From: Prorocentrum cordatum
Lineage: Eukaryota
NCBI GenBank assembly: GCA_963575745.1
Contig: CAUYUJ010000254.1
Coordinates: 62,001-116,263 of the forward strand
DNA length: 54,263 bases
Direction: 5' to 3'
Shown: positions 12,911 to 25,732 of the stretch, piece by piece
Layout: each line of letters opens with the position of its first letter
Position numbering within the stretch: the stretch's first letter is position 1
Notes under the pieces: model-generated
Seen by the model: the letters and a program-made list of their open reading frames with translations, nothing else
What the model was told of the DNA's origin: nothing
The model's database searches: none
Program-made: the position numbers and the translations under genes

Positions 12911-13309
12911 CCAACAGAGGTTTGCTTCTTGTCCGAGATCAGTCTGGTCGAGTTCACCTGGGCCGAGCTCGTCCGGGCCGAGTTCAGCCTGGCCGAGTTC
13001 AGCCTGTCGACGTCGGCAGCCTGTCCGAGCTTTTGCCCCCCCTGGCACTCCCCCCTCTGCCTGCACAGGGCCTGGGTCACGTCCGGGCCGACAGCCCGTC
13101 CCATCCCTCAGTCTTTCTGTTTGTTTGCTGGGTTGAATATGGATTATTGAATCAATTTCCCTTCCGTATCCGCTTTGGCGCTCTCGCCTCTGCAGAGGCT
13201 GCGTTTCTGAACCTGAGGCTCGCGCTCAAGCGTTTTGGGGTTCCTCCCAAACCGCCCCCCCCACAACGACAACGACCACGCTCTTGGGCGATATTTCTTG
13301 TCAATTTAT

Positions 13310-13770
13310 TCCGGGAGGCTTTGGCCAGAGAGGGCCCGAACCTCAGGAAAGGCGCTCTCGCGTGAGATTTCCTTGCCAATTGGCACCAGAAGGGGGGTCC
13401 TTTGGAGCAGTGTTGCCGGTATTTGCGGATGCCGGCACGACCGTTTCGCTTCAGACTTCTTCGCGGTTCAACACCACAACGGGGTCATTCGGAACAAGAT
13501 TGCTGTTACTCGCGGATGCCAGAACGATGTTTTCGTTTGAGACTTTTGTTCGATTCGCCATCGCAGGGAAATTATTCACAGCATTCGTGCTGCGAATCGC
13601 GGATACAGGAAGGGCCGTTTCGCCTGAGACTTCTTCGCGATTCATCCGCTACTTGTGGATGCCCCAGGAGGCCCCAGGACGCTCCAGGATATGTGTTCGG
13701 GGAGCGTTTTTCGGCCTTCCGCCCTCGCGAGGCCCCAGGAGGCATTTCCTGCATTTGGGGTGTGTGTCTG
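13310..13770. repeat. Dispersed repeat copy 1 with internal ~65-70-bp subunits
   Basis: GGCCAGAGAGGG...ACCTCAGGAA.GGCGCT.TCGC.TGAGATTTC through GAGGCCCCAGGA.GCATTT aligns with 17150-17630. Followed by (GT)n at 13836-13891. Confidence 0.8.
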
Positions 13771-13831
13771 GGGAGCCGTTTCTGGCTCCCCCGTTCCGAG
13801 GAGGCCGCAGGAGATTTTTTTTGTTTCAGGA

Positions 13832-13893
<62 letters not shown>

Positions 13894-15553
13894 GGGGGCG
13901 GTTTTGCGGCGTCCCCGTCCCCAGGAGGTCCCAGGAGGCCCCAACAAACCGTGGGAAACAATTCTCAGTGTTGGGATCTTTGTTCGGGGAACGATTTTTG
14001 GCCTTCGTGCGCTTCGCTCCTGTAGGCTTCGTTCCTATTGGCTTCGCCGCCCCTCTTTTTGGGCTCGATTGTTTTTGTGTGTTTACGTATGTTGTTGTTT
14101 GATGCCTTTTCGGGGGCTCGAATCCTCAGTGTTTTACGTGCTTTCCTTACTATTGCCCCTCGAGTGGGGGTCGAATCCTTGTACGTTTGCTCCTGTACAT
14201 TCCTCCTCGACTGGGTCTCGAGTTTTTTGTGTTTTACGTATGTTCCTATTGATTGCCCTTCGCCTGGGGCTCGAACTTTTCGTGTGTCCCATCCTTTCCG
14301 TTCCCCAAAGTCGCACTGCTTGTAATGTGTCGTATGAGCTGACAATCTGAATGTGCATCGAAAGAGGTGATGGCTCGACCTCCTTGGGCGGGAGATCGGC
14401 GTATGGGACTGTTGGCACTCTTTTCATCTAGTTCCCCCCAAAAGGAGTGGCAAGAGGATGGATGCATGCGGCATGTGGAAACATGGCGCGTGAGAGTAAC
14501 ATGGTTGTATGCTACTTGGTGGGCAATCATTATTGTTAGACCCCCTGTCTCCGCTTTGGCGCTAATGCCTTTGCGTTGGTTGTTGTTCCTTTGAATTTGT
14601 CGCTCACGTTTGAGCGTTTGGGGGTGCCGCCCAAACCCGTCCCCCAACAACCGCAGCAACAGCAGCACCAGCAGCATTACCAACAGCAGCAGCAACAACA
14701 ACATCAACACCAACAGTACCCATAGCAACAACAACAACAACAACGCAACAGCAGAATCAACACCAACACCACCACGAACAACACCACCAACACTAATTTT
14801 AAGACTGTTTGCTGGAATTCGCTCACGTGCCATCCAACACGTATATCCCAATCCTTCGGTACCCGCCCTCATCGTGTTCGATCGTGCCCCCATTTGGGTT
14901 ATATCGTCCGCGCGTGCGACATGTATTTTGTGCAGTCCCTAAGACAGGGGAAGGGAGGACGGATGGAACGGGGGAGGAAAAGGATGTAACACGAGAAATG
15001 TTAGCAAAAGGGGGGCTAAGAACATAACGCATGTGGTACAACCAGACGAGCAGATCGGGCGGGCAGACCTTGGCGGGCGGGTCGGGAAGGCGGGCTTTGG
15101 CGGCCAGGTCGAGCAGGCGGGTTGTTGAAGCGTGAGTCCTGCATGCGTCGCGAGGAAGTCTAGAGTTCCTGCATGAGTCGTGAGAAAGTCTAGAATGACA
15201 GCGCGATTCCCAAGTAAATCGTTAGAGCAACCAGAGCGAGAGTGTGATTCATGCGTGTCGAGGGCGCAGCGCTTGAATACATTGCGAGGAAATCCCACGC
15301 GAGAGATCGATTCCTGTATACTTTGTGCGGAAGTCTCGCGCGAGAGCGCGATGTCGGAATACATTGTGAGGAAGTGTACGGCGGGAGCCGTTGTTGTTGC
15401 AATCGGGGGGCCCAGGGGTACAGAAAACAGGGTGCGAACCCCGAAGGGCCATCTCAATTGAAAAAGCCCAATGTGCACAAGTGGGAGATCAACAGGATTA
15501 GTTGCGAAGGCCTTACGGCCGTTGCCGCCGACCCTGAAGGGGGACGACGACGA

Positions 15554-15615
<62 letters not shown>

Positions 15616-15639
15616 TGGGTCAGAGTCCTCAGGGATTCT

Positions 15640-16165
15640 GTTTGTGGTCTCTTCGGAGCGCTCTCGGAGGCCCGTGGGGGCAGTTTTGGGGGTCCCTTGG
15701 GAGCATCTTGGAGGCCTCTTGGGAGCCTCTTGGGAGCCTTTTGGGGCTTCCTTGGGGCCTGGGGGCCGCTTGGAACCACTTGGGATCCTCTTGGGGGCCT
15801 TTTGGGGGCCTCTTAGCCTCTCGGGGCAGAGGGCTCGAAATGTCCGTTTTGTTTCTCTGTCTGGGCACCTTCTTGAAGCTTTTTTGAGGGCCTCTTGGGC
15901 CCTCTTCGGGCCCCGTCGGCCAGCTTCGGGACCCTCTTGGAGGCCTATTGGGGCGATCGTTGGAGCCTCTTGGACCGTTTTGGAGCGTCAGGAAATCAAT
16001 GAATTTTGCCTCTTGGGGCTCTTTTGGGAGTGTTCTTCGAGGCCTCTTGGGGCGTCTTCCAGTCCTCTTGGGCCGTCTGGAGGCTGTAAGGATGTCTTGG
16101 ACCGATCGTTCGGCGATTCGGGGTCCTCTTGGACCGATTTGGAGGCCTGGCTCGTCTTGGGACTG
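15640..16165. repeat. CTCTTGG-family dispersed repeat
   Basis: Same ~11-bp units as 11130-11850. Preceded by (GAC)n at 15543-15614 and by a hairpin + CCGCCGACCC end motif at 15509-15534. Confidence 0.8.
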
Positions 16166-16210
16166 AAAACGCAATGTGCACCGGTGGGGGGGGGATCAAC
16201 CAGATTTTAT

Positions 16211-17101
16211 CCGCAAGGGCTTCGCCCCCATGCCGCCGGCCCCCCTCTCCTAGAATGGGACTTGCCAGAGCTGTGTTGGGATGCCTGGACGCTGACGTGA
16301 AGCAATGTTGGGGGTTCACGCGAGGGCCAATATTCATTTACGAGGGTTTATGGCTTCGGTGGCGCGACTATTCGGTAATTTAAAAAGTTTTGTGGCTTCG
16401 GGGACGCGATCACCGGGAAATTTACGAGGGTTTGTGGCCTCGGGGACGCAGAGACCGTGTAATTTATGAGGGTTTATGGCCTTGGGGGCGCAACCATAGC
16501 ATAATTTACGAAGGTTTATGGCCTCGGGGACGCGAATTTTGTATAATTTACAAATGGTTTGTGGCCTCGGGTACGCAAACATAGTATAATTAAAAAAGGC
16601 TTATGGCTTAGGGGATGCGAATCTGGTGTAGTTTTCGAGGGTTTACGGTTTCGAGAGCGCGAGCATGTTGTAATTTACAAAGGTTTATGGTTTTGGGGGC
16701 GCGAACATTGCGTAATGTATTAAGGTTTATGGTTTCGGGGATCTGAATATTGTGTAATTTACAAGGGAAGGGATTCGATTTCGGGAACGCGAACATCGTG
16801 GATGTCGTGTAATTTATGAGGGTTTATGGCTCCGGGGACGCGAATCTGGCATACTTTCTTATGGATTGTGGCTTCAGGGACGCGAATCTCAAGTATTTTT
16901 ACGTGTTCACGACCCCCCGGGAATTCAGACAACGCGATCCAGGGACGCTAACCAGGATGCTTTTCGGCTCCCCTCCTCGCGCGTTCAGTAGCAAAGGAAG
17001 CAGAAAGCACTGTAACAGTGGAAACTGGCAACTGCAGCTGGTACAGGGAGATGCAAGTCTAATCTTCGCAGCCTGATGGCCCCGCAGGGGGGTCTGCGGA
17101 T
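16211..17101 (-). mobile_element. Putative non-autonomous Helentron/DINE-like element B, carrying a 42-bp tandem array
   Basis: Hairpin GGGC-TTC-GCCC at 16217-16227. CCGCCGGCCCCCC at 16233-16245 versus GGGGGGTCTGCGG at 17087-17099 (11/13 inverted match). Flanked by TTTTAT and ATTTT. Shares GACGCTAACCAGG, GCAGAAAGCA, TGGAAACTGG and GCAGCCTG.TGGCCCC with element A. Confidence 0.7.
16335..16902. repeat. Tandem repeat, 42-bp unit x ~13 (cargo of element B)
   Basis: TTTACGAGGGTTTATGGC(C/T)TCGGGGACGCGA + ~8 variable nt + TAA, with a 42-bp period. Confidence 0.92.
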
Positions 17102-17149
17102 TTTAAGAATGAGATTTCAACGTTCCCGTGGGGTTTCCTTACAATTTAG

Positions 17150-17630
17150 TCCGAGAGGTCCTGGCCAGAGAGGGTGCGGACCTCAGGAAGGGCGCTATCG
17201 CCTGAGATTTCTTCGCAATGTAGCTTCACGGGGGGGTCCGTCAGAGCAGCATTGCCGCTACTCTCGGATGTCGGAATGTCGTCAGTTTCGCTTGAGATTT
17301 CGCAATGTAGCATTACATGGGGGTCCTTCAGAACCAGGTTGCTGTTACTTGCGGTGTCGGAACGCCTTTTTCGCTGGAGATTTGTTCGCGATTCAGCACC
17401 ACAGGCGGGTCCTTCAGAGTATTCATGTTTCTATTCGCGAATGCCAGAACACCCGTTTCGCTTGAGCCCTCTTCGTGATTCAAAATCAACCGGGAATCCG
17501 TCAGAGCACTCTTGCCGCTTCTTGCGGAGGCCCCAGGAGTCCCGAGGACGCTCTAGGGATATTTGTTCGGGGAGCGTTTTTCGGCCCTCCCGCCCCCTGC
17601 GAGGCCCCAGGAAGCATTTTCTGGTTGGGA
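17150..17630. repeat. Dispersed repeat copy 2 (homologous to 13310-13770)
   Basis: Colinear similarity by eye, including ATAT.TGTTCGGGGAGCGTTTTTCGGCC.TCC. Confidence 0.8.
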
Positions 17631-18769
17631 TATGTTGAATGATTGGACGTTTCGGGAAACGACCGATCGTTCAAGGTTGAACGATCCCCGCGGTGTAAGA
17701 GACCAAGGGTTGGGGGGCGAGCGAGGGGGGGAAGTGTGGAGGAGGCCTAGAAGGCAGCGGGGCCTCTCAGAAGCTCTCAGGCCTTCCGAGACGCTGTATG
17801 TGTCTTCGGGGAAGGCTTTGTGAACATCTCTGAGAAGGCGGAAGGACTTCCGAGCCTTCCGAGGAGGCCCGCCCCCTCCCACTTCCCCCTCTGGGCTGGC
17901 AGCCAAACGACGACTGTAGCTACAGTGATGTATCGCCACTGCAGCCCTCCCGGGTCCCGAGCCCGTGGCAGGTGCGCGGGGAAGCCTCGCCGCTCTCTAG
18001 GGCGGGTGCTCGCGGCCGCTTGGTGGAGTGCCCGTGTTGGCCTACGGCTGGGGCGGCTTTGAGACGGGATCTGTTGCGGCTTTGATGGCGTGTGGTGGGC
18101 TTATTCTGGCCGTCCTTTCTCCCTCCTCCCTCCCTCCTCCCTCCCTCCCGCCCTCCCCGCTCCCTCCATCCCGCCTGGTCGAATACGCTGAACTCAGCCA
18201 TACCTCCGTTCGACGACGACGAGGACGACGACGACGTCCTCCTCCCCCTCCTCCTCCCCCTCCCCCTCCTCCTCCTCCTTCTCCTCCTCCTCCTCCTCCT
18301 CTTCCTCCTCCTCCTCCTCTTCGATGTATCAACAGTGAGGCGGATGAGTTTGTGGCCTGTGCAGCGATGAGACGAGGCAGAAGCGTGGAGGAACGGGAAA
18401 AGACAAAACCATGCACGGAGGAAGCAAGGGGGAGGCGTGAGATTTGCCAACTAGCGTTCCTGATGGTCCCCTGACCGTGGTGCAGGTCGGGTCCTCCGCG
18501 CCCCCTCCTTCTAGAATGCGTGCGCCCAAATGGGGTGTCCAGAGGGCGGAGGAGCGTGTCTCGCCTGCGCGCAAGCGCACCTCGTCTGCGTCGTCGTTGT
18601 TGGCGTAGTGCGTGCTGCTATGCTCGGGACTCATTTCCACTGCCTTCCTCGAACATCGCCCCTCTGGACATCTCCAGGGATCGGTTTCGGCAATGAGTCA
18701 AGCCGAATCTGGCCGCGGCGACGAGAAGCCCCCCAGCCTAGGCCACAAGGTCACAAACGTCTCGATCCT

Positions 18770-18945
18770 CGAACGTCGAACCCCGCGCCTCGATCCTCCT
18801 TCTCCTGGCCCTGGACCGAGACTCGATCCTCGATCCTCGACCTCGAGCCCCGAGCCTCGACCCTCCTGCTCCCGGCCCCGATCCTCGATCCTCGATCCTC
18901 GATCCTCGATCCTCGAGCCTCGAGCCTCGAGCCTCGCTCCTCGAC
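18770..18945. repeat. Heptamer microsatellite (CCTCGAT/CCTCGAG)n
   Basis: Degenerate tandem copies, pure at 18879-18935. Confidence 0.88.
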
Positions 18946-19426
18946 GCTCCATCCTCCTCCTGGCCTGCTGGGCCCCTCCGCCCTCCGCCGCGCCAGGACG
19001 GGGCCGCGATCTTCGAGCTCCTGGCTGGCGCGGGCTGCTCCAGGCGGCCGCCCCCCCGCGCTCGCCCTCGCGCGCCGAGGCCAGCTTCCCAGACGCGCGC
19101 GCCGTCAATCGTTGAGCTGGCCACGCCCCCCCTACAGGAGGAATGTTCCCAAGTAGTCCAGGAATAGTATGGGGGCGATGTTTTTTGAGTATCGGTTGTA
19201 TTTTTTGTTTTTTCGTCCAAAATCCGCCCGCAGGAGGACATGCCCGACCTAAAGCTGTCCAGACGCGCGCGCAGGTCAATCGGCGAGGAAGGAGAGAGGA
19301 GGGAGGGAGGAGGGAAGGAGGAGGGAGGAGGGAGGAGGGAGGAGGGAAGAGGGAGGAGGAGCAGGAGGAGCAGGAGGAGCAGGAGGAGGAGGAAGAGCAG
19401 GAGGAGCAGGAGGAGCAGGAGGAGCA

Positions 19427-19526
19427 NNNNNNNNNNNNNNNNNNNNNNNNNNNNNNNNNNNNNNNNNNNNNNNNNNNNNNNNNNNNNNNNNNNNNNNNNN
19501 NNNNNNNNNNNNNNNNNNNNNNNNNN
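19427..19526. other. Assembly gap (100 N)
   Basis: Run of N after a (GGA/GCA)n tract. Confidence 1.
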
Positions 19527-20881
19527 ACCTGCGGCCGCCCGCATCTTACCCGTTTCCCCCCAGGGCTCTACCCCGCCTCCTCTGCATCTGCAAAACGGAA
19601 CCGCGTCGACGTCGACTTACCACACCTCGTTGGCTTCGCCTTCGTCGTCGTCGTCGTCGTCGTCGTCTCCCACCTTCCTCGCGTCGTGAAAGAACCCAGA
19701 CAGACGGTTGTGGGCTATTTTCGGCCTCCTGGGGGCCCTCGCCAGGCCCCGGGGCCGCCAACAAACAATGCTCGGGATGAAGAGCTGGTCCTCGGAAAGT
19801 GCTCTAGACCTCCAGGGCTTCACATGGTGAAAGAATCACGACGTCGGGGGTCTGGGTCCCCTCCCCCCTCCCTCCTCCTCCCTCGTCCCCTGTCCCTCCC
19901 CCAAGACCCTCGCCCCACCCACTTGTGCGCGCACAGGGTCGCCTGTTTGAGCGTTCGCGCGTAAGCCTCTTGCGGGATCGAGGCCATCACCGCGTCAGAG
20001 GTCTGGGCTTAAGTCGGGCATGTCCTTCAACAGGAGGAATCTTCAACAATGCAGAAAATGGTCAGGGGGTGTTTTTTTTGACATTTGAGCATGTTTTGTC
20101 TGTTTTGATGTCTTCGTCCCCAATCCGCTGAGGGGGCATGTGCGGTGTGAGTATGGGGCCGTTCGACCTGCCCGACGGGGCGTGGTCACGGGTCAGTGGT
20201 CACGGGTCAGTTTGGGGACCCCTGGGATTTCTCGGCGGCGCAGCGCAAGGCACGGAGATCCTTCGCAGCCATCCTGCCCTTTGAAGAAGCCACCTTCCAG
20301 GCCTCCGAGACCTTCTGAGAATCTCCCCGCCTGAGCAGACCTGCGATGTCCTCTTTTCTCCGTGCGGGGTCCCCAGAAGCCCCGACTCGCTCCCCAGGGC
20401 CGGCTTCTCATCCCGAGATGTTTTTGGTTGACCCTTCTGGGTCCAGCGAGGACCTCCCGGAGGGTAAACATGGCCAACATTTTCCAGTCGCTCAGCATAA
20501 AGACGCGTGCATGTCTGGGTCCTCCGGCGCCGCAGGCCTGTGCTCTGGCATGCACGCACAAGAGCTTGCCGGCGGCTTCCTGGCCCCCTTGTCCGCGCTC
20601 TTCCTGCCCCAGGCTGTGCCCAATCAGGCCCCGCAGTGCTTCTCGGTTGCTTCCGACCGCGGCTTTGATGCCAAGCAGCTGCGACAAAAAACTTGGGTTC
20701 TTACATGGCCCCCCCTCTTGCTGCACCTCCTGCGCGTGGCCTGCCTCGTCCAGCCAGTCGGTGGGCACCTGCGGCCGCCCGCATCTTACCCGTTTCCCCC
20801 CAGGGCTCTACCCCGCCTCCTCTGCATCTGAAAAACGGAACCGCGTCGACGTCGACTTACCACACCTCGTTGGCTTCGCCT

Positions 20882-20913
<32 letters not shown>

Positions 20914-21215
20914 TCCCACCTTCCTCGCGTCGTGAAAGAACCCAGACGGACGGTTGTGGGCTATTTTCGGCCTCCTGGGGGCCCTCGCCAGGCCCCGGGG
21001 CCGCCAACAAACAATGCTCGGGATGAAAAGCTGGTCCTCGGAAAGTGCTCTAGACCTCCAGGGCTTCACATGGTGAAATAATCACGACGTCGGGGGTCTG
21101 GGTCCCCTCCCCCCTCCCTCCTCCCTCCTCCCTCGTCCCCTGTCCCTCCCCCAAGACCCTCGCCCCACCCACTTGTGCGCGCACAGGGTCGCCTGTTTGA
21201 GCGTTCGCGCGTAAG
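19527..21215. repeat. ~440-bp direct duplication (19527-19965 and 20768-21215), third partial copy at ~21500-21585
   Basis: Both copies start ACCTGCGGCCGCCCGCATCTTACC and end GAGCGTTCGCGCGTAAGC. They differ in (GTC)n length and a few SNPs. Confidence 0.93.
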
Positions 21216-21482
21216 CTTCCCGCGTGGGGCCGCGCGTGAGCGCCTTTTTCTCCACGCGGTGTGCCACGCTGGCGGCCCGCGTGCGCCGCGGCGTAAGGTC
21301 GCCATGTCTCCTCGCGTAAGGCCCGTCTCTTTTCGTCGCTCACCTGTCTGCGCCGCCCGCTGGGCGCCGCCGCTGTCCCAGGATGGGGTTCGACGACTTC
21401 GCCCGGATCGGCGCGGTACTCGCCGCCCGCTGTTGCGCTCGCCGTCGTCGTCGTCGTCGTCGGCGGCGTCGTCGTCGGCGTC

Positions 21483-21514
<32 letters not shown>

Positions 21515-21589
21515 TGTCGTCGTCGTCGACTTCTCCCCCCGTCCTCGCGTCGTGAAAGAACTACGACGGACGGTTGTGGGCTATGGGGG

Positions 21590-21651
21590 GCGATGATCGT
21601 GATTGTGATTCTGATGGTGGTGAGGATGAGGATGATGATAATGACACTGTC

Positions 21652-21736
<85 letters not shown>

Positions 21737-21961
21737 CTGCTGATGATGATGATGATCAGGATGATGATGTTTACGATGCTGACGAGGTGGATGAGGAGGA
21801 CGAGGACGAAGAAGATGATAATAATGAGTATGACGGTGACGATGATGACGATGATGACGACGCCGATGAAGCTGATGATGATAATGATGATGATAGTTGT
21901 AACGATCATGGGTGGTGGATGATGTATGTTGGCTGATGGTTGATGGTGGATGGTGGTGGGT

Positions 21962-22011
<50 letters not shown>

Positions 22012-22199
22012 CAGAATAAGAATGATGAGGGTGGTGAATGTGGTGGACATGTAGACGATGCTGCTGATGATGATGTTGATGACAACGGCGACGTTGATGC
22101 TAGTGATTAGTAATAGCATGATGAGGACGAGGAGTAGGGAGACGATCATGATGAATCTGGTGACGACGACCATGCTGATGCTGATGGTGATGATGATGC

Positions 22200-22237
<38 letters not shown>

Positions 22238-22330
22238 GTGACGACGATGCTGACGACGATGCTGACGGTACTGACGACGAGGATGACGGCGACGCCGACG
22301 TCGACGACGCTGATGATGATCAGGATGATC

Positions 22331-22397
<67 letters not shown>

Positions 22398-23281
22398 CGC
22401 TGATGATGCTGATGATGGTGGAGGTGGTGATGATGATGGTGAAGGTGATGATGATGATGATGGTGACTATTATTATTATTATTATTATTATTGTCATTAT
22501 TATTATTGTTGTTGTTATTCTGGATGGTGATGATGCTGATGATGATGCTGATGAGGATGATACTGATGCTGGTGATGATGCTGCTGCTGATGATGATGAG
22601 GATGATCATGAGGATGATGCTGATGATTCTGGTGGTAGTCTGGTGGTGGTGGCGGTGGCGGTGGTGATGATATAATGGTGGGGACGCCGACGATGAGGAT
22701 GAGGATGAGGATGAGGATGAGAATGTGGATGAGGATGAGGATGAGGATGATGATGTTAATGATGATGATGATGATGCTTATGATGGTGATGATGATTATG
22801 ATGACGGCGACGATGATGATGATGCTGATGGTAATGCTGATGATGATGATGATGATGATGAGGATGATGATGAGGATGATGATGACGATGATGTTGATGA
22901 TGATGATGATGATGCTGATGAGGATGATACTGATGCTGATGATGATGATGCTGATGATGATCACGATGATTTTGTTGTCGTTGATGATGATTGTGGTGCT
23001 GATGATGCGTATGACGACGGCGCTGATAATGATACGGATGCTGCTGCTGATGATGCTGCTGATGATGCTGCTGATGATGTTGATGTTGCGGAAGACGACG
23101 ATGCTGATACCGATACTGATGCTGCTGCTGCTGACGAGAATGACGATGATGACAATGATGATGATGATGCTGATGATGATGCTGACGCTGATGCTGATGC
23201 TGATGCTTATGACGCCGCTGTTGATGCCGATGATGCTGCTGCTGCTGATGATGATGATGATGCTGATGATGATGCTGATGT

Positions 23282-23345
<64 letters not shown>

Positions 23346-23439
23346 ACTGATGACGATGATTCTGATGATGATGAGGAGGAGTATATGATGATGATAATGA
23401 TGATGATGCTGATGCTGATGCTGATGCTGATGCTGATGC

Positions 23440-23513
<74 letters not shown>

Positions 23514-23790
23514 TCGAGGTGGGGAAAGGTTGAGGAGGACTAGGAGGGGGATGTTAAGGATGAGGATGAGGAGCATGAATCAGGACGCGGGTGGTGATGC
23601 TGATGATGATGGCAAAGGTGATGATGATGGTGATGAGGAGAAGGAGCGAGGGAGGCAAACGTGAGGAGGGTGAGGAGGAGAAGGAGCAGGAGGAGCAGGA
23701 GGAGGAGGAGGAGGAGGAGGAGGAGGTGGAGGAAGAGGAGCAGGAGGAGGAGGAGGATGAGGAGGAGGTGGACCAGGAGGAGGACTAGGT
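21590..23790. repeat. ~2.2-kb degenerate (GAT)n trinucleotide field with (TAT)n, (GATGAG)n, (GATGCT)n and (GAG)n patches
   Basis: GAT/GCT/GAC/GGT variants with several phase shifts. Confidence 0.97.
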
Positions 23791-24664
23791 GTCAGTGAAG
23801 GGGGAGGGAGGAAGGCCGGGGCAGGAGCGAGGAGGGAGGATCTGCAGAAGGAGGGGGAGCACGGCAATGGTTTTTGAGGTTCCAGCCGGCTATGGCACGT
23901 GTTGGGGGGGCTGGAGAGTCCATGCGTTTCTGCAGAGTTTTTTGATATTCGGAGGGTTTCAGGAAGAGGTACACGAGGAGGAGGAGGAGGACGAGGAGGA
24001 GGACGCTGTCGGGTGATAGCCTCAACACAACCCTGGCCCAAGTGACCCCATCGTTGCAGGCCCAGATGGCCTCGAGCACCCCTCACGAGGCCCAGAGGGC
24101 CCACAATGATTTCCAAGATGGCGCAAAAAGCTGGGAGGACCTTCGGACAGGATCCTCCGCCTCCTCCCTCTCCCTCCTCCCCTTTCCCTCCGTCTTTTTG
24201 TTGTTGTTTGTTTTCTCACACTCTCTCTCTATTGCGCTACTATTTGCGTACCGTCTTGGTATGCAATTTGAATACCCCGTCGCGTCAGACGTTCGGATCG
24301 GATCCCAGTGCCCCTTCGGTCCGTGTGTGTACCACAGGCTGGAGATCCACGCAGCTCGGAAGAAGCACGAACAACCTCCCATAGCACCAACTTGCTAGGA
24401 TGCAACTGCTGTGAGGTTAGGTCAGTCAGCTTGGACCCTGACCAGTGTGTTTCGAGCAATATATGTTCTCGAAAATATGTGGAGTATTCAGTGTGGTGCA
24501 GCCTGCGTGGTGCAATATGTATTGTGCAATCTATGTCGTGCAACATGTATTGTGCAATATCGGTTGTCGAGTCTTAGTTGAGCAGATTATGTGACACAAT
24601 CTATGTGTATATAGAAGTACACATATATACATATATATATATATATATATGTGGTGCAATCTAG

Positions 24665-25306
24665 GTGGTGTCATCAATTTCGAAAAACTGGGAGTTGTCA
24701 ACTCCACAGTTCGCGCGCCCCCGCGGGGGCGGCGAGCGGGCGCGGCGCGCCGCGCGCCCCGCCCTCCCGGCAGTTTCCCGCCGTGGCGCCCGCCGCCCTG
24801 CTCCTGGAGCTCCGCGCGGCCCTGGCGAAGCAGTGACCCCCCCCCCGAAGCCGCAGGGAGGTCGCCGTTGTTTTCCACCCTCTTCCGAAGAAGAAACATG
24901 CGTATGAACATGAACTTTTGGCACTTCGCGCGGATTTCTCGGATCCGCGCTGGGAGCCCCCTGGCGGTGCCTCCGGCGCCGCCCCTGGCGCGCTCCGCGC
25001 GCCAGGGATGGGGGCAAAGCGCGGATTCAAGAAATCCGCGCGGAGTGCCAAACGTTTATTCCCAACCATCCTGTGGTGTTGGGTCTCTCGTTTTGAAGAG
25101 ACAGCGCCCCGCGTTCCTTCCTCCTCCCGCTTCTCTCTCCCCTTCCTCCCTTCTCCCCCTCATTGCCTCTGCTCTCGGCACACCCCTCACACGTTTCGTA
25201 GCCTCATAGGGAGCTCCACCGAAGGTCCCAGTGGCACGGCCCGCATGCGGTTCCCCCACCCAGGGCAGCGTTTCGTGGCCCCTTACCCGCAATTTGATGA
25301 CACAAC
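24665..25306. mobile_element. Possible MITE-like element with nested inverted repeats
   Basis: GTGGTGTCATCAATTT at 24665-24680 versus AATTTGATGACACAAC at 25291-25306 (14/16 inverted). Internal 34-bp inverted repeat at 24917-24950 / 25019-25052. Confidence 0.45.
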
Positions 25307-25732
25307 ACATCTAGGTCGTGAGTGCAGTTACCCATCGGAAGGTGTTCGCGAATATCACATGGCGCAGTGACGCGTGGACCCAGCCCATTCAGATACAGGA
25401 CTCGGGCGGGTAGGTGAAGACGGTGATGACGGGATCGGTGACGACGGTGATGAGGTCTATGGCGGTGGCGATGATGATGAGGGCGGTCACATTGACGATG
25501 ACGATGATGACGACGATGGCAATGATGAGGCTGGTGATGCTGTTAGCGATGCTGATAACGATGGTGCTAATGAGCATGATGCGTATGTGCGCGCAAACAC
25601 ATAACTTTGTTGGCATATCAGGATTTCGCATGAATTTAAACACTTCTATGCTGTATTGCCCAGAGCACGCATATTATTTGAAGGATTCGGGCGTGCGCGC
25701 GCGGAGACGGGGCCCGCAGTGCGTTATTGTAG

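Noticed and set aside
14939..15478. 179-aa minus-strand ORF with a short internal duplication (LDFLTTHAG/LDFLATHAG)
   Set aside because: No recognisable motif or codon bias. It could be a decayed element fragment but this cannot be supported without a search.
16335..16902. CRISPR-like appearance of the 42-bp array (conserved ~30 nt + variable part)
   Set aside because: The variable part is only ~8-10 nt, the repeats are degenerate, there are no cas genes, and the context is eukaryotic. It is a diverged minisatellite.
20193..20831. ORFs of 160-190 aa in unique sequence between the duplicated blocks
   Set aside because: No domain signature or SL; lengths are unremarkable at this GC content.
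21340..23576. Poly-Asp/Met/Ile ORFs suggesting an acidic protein
   Set aside because: Produced by a (GAT)n field with phase shifts. No SL, no unique domain, no consistent frame.
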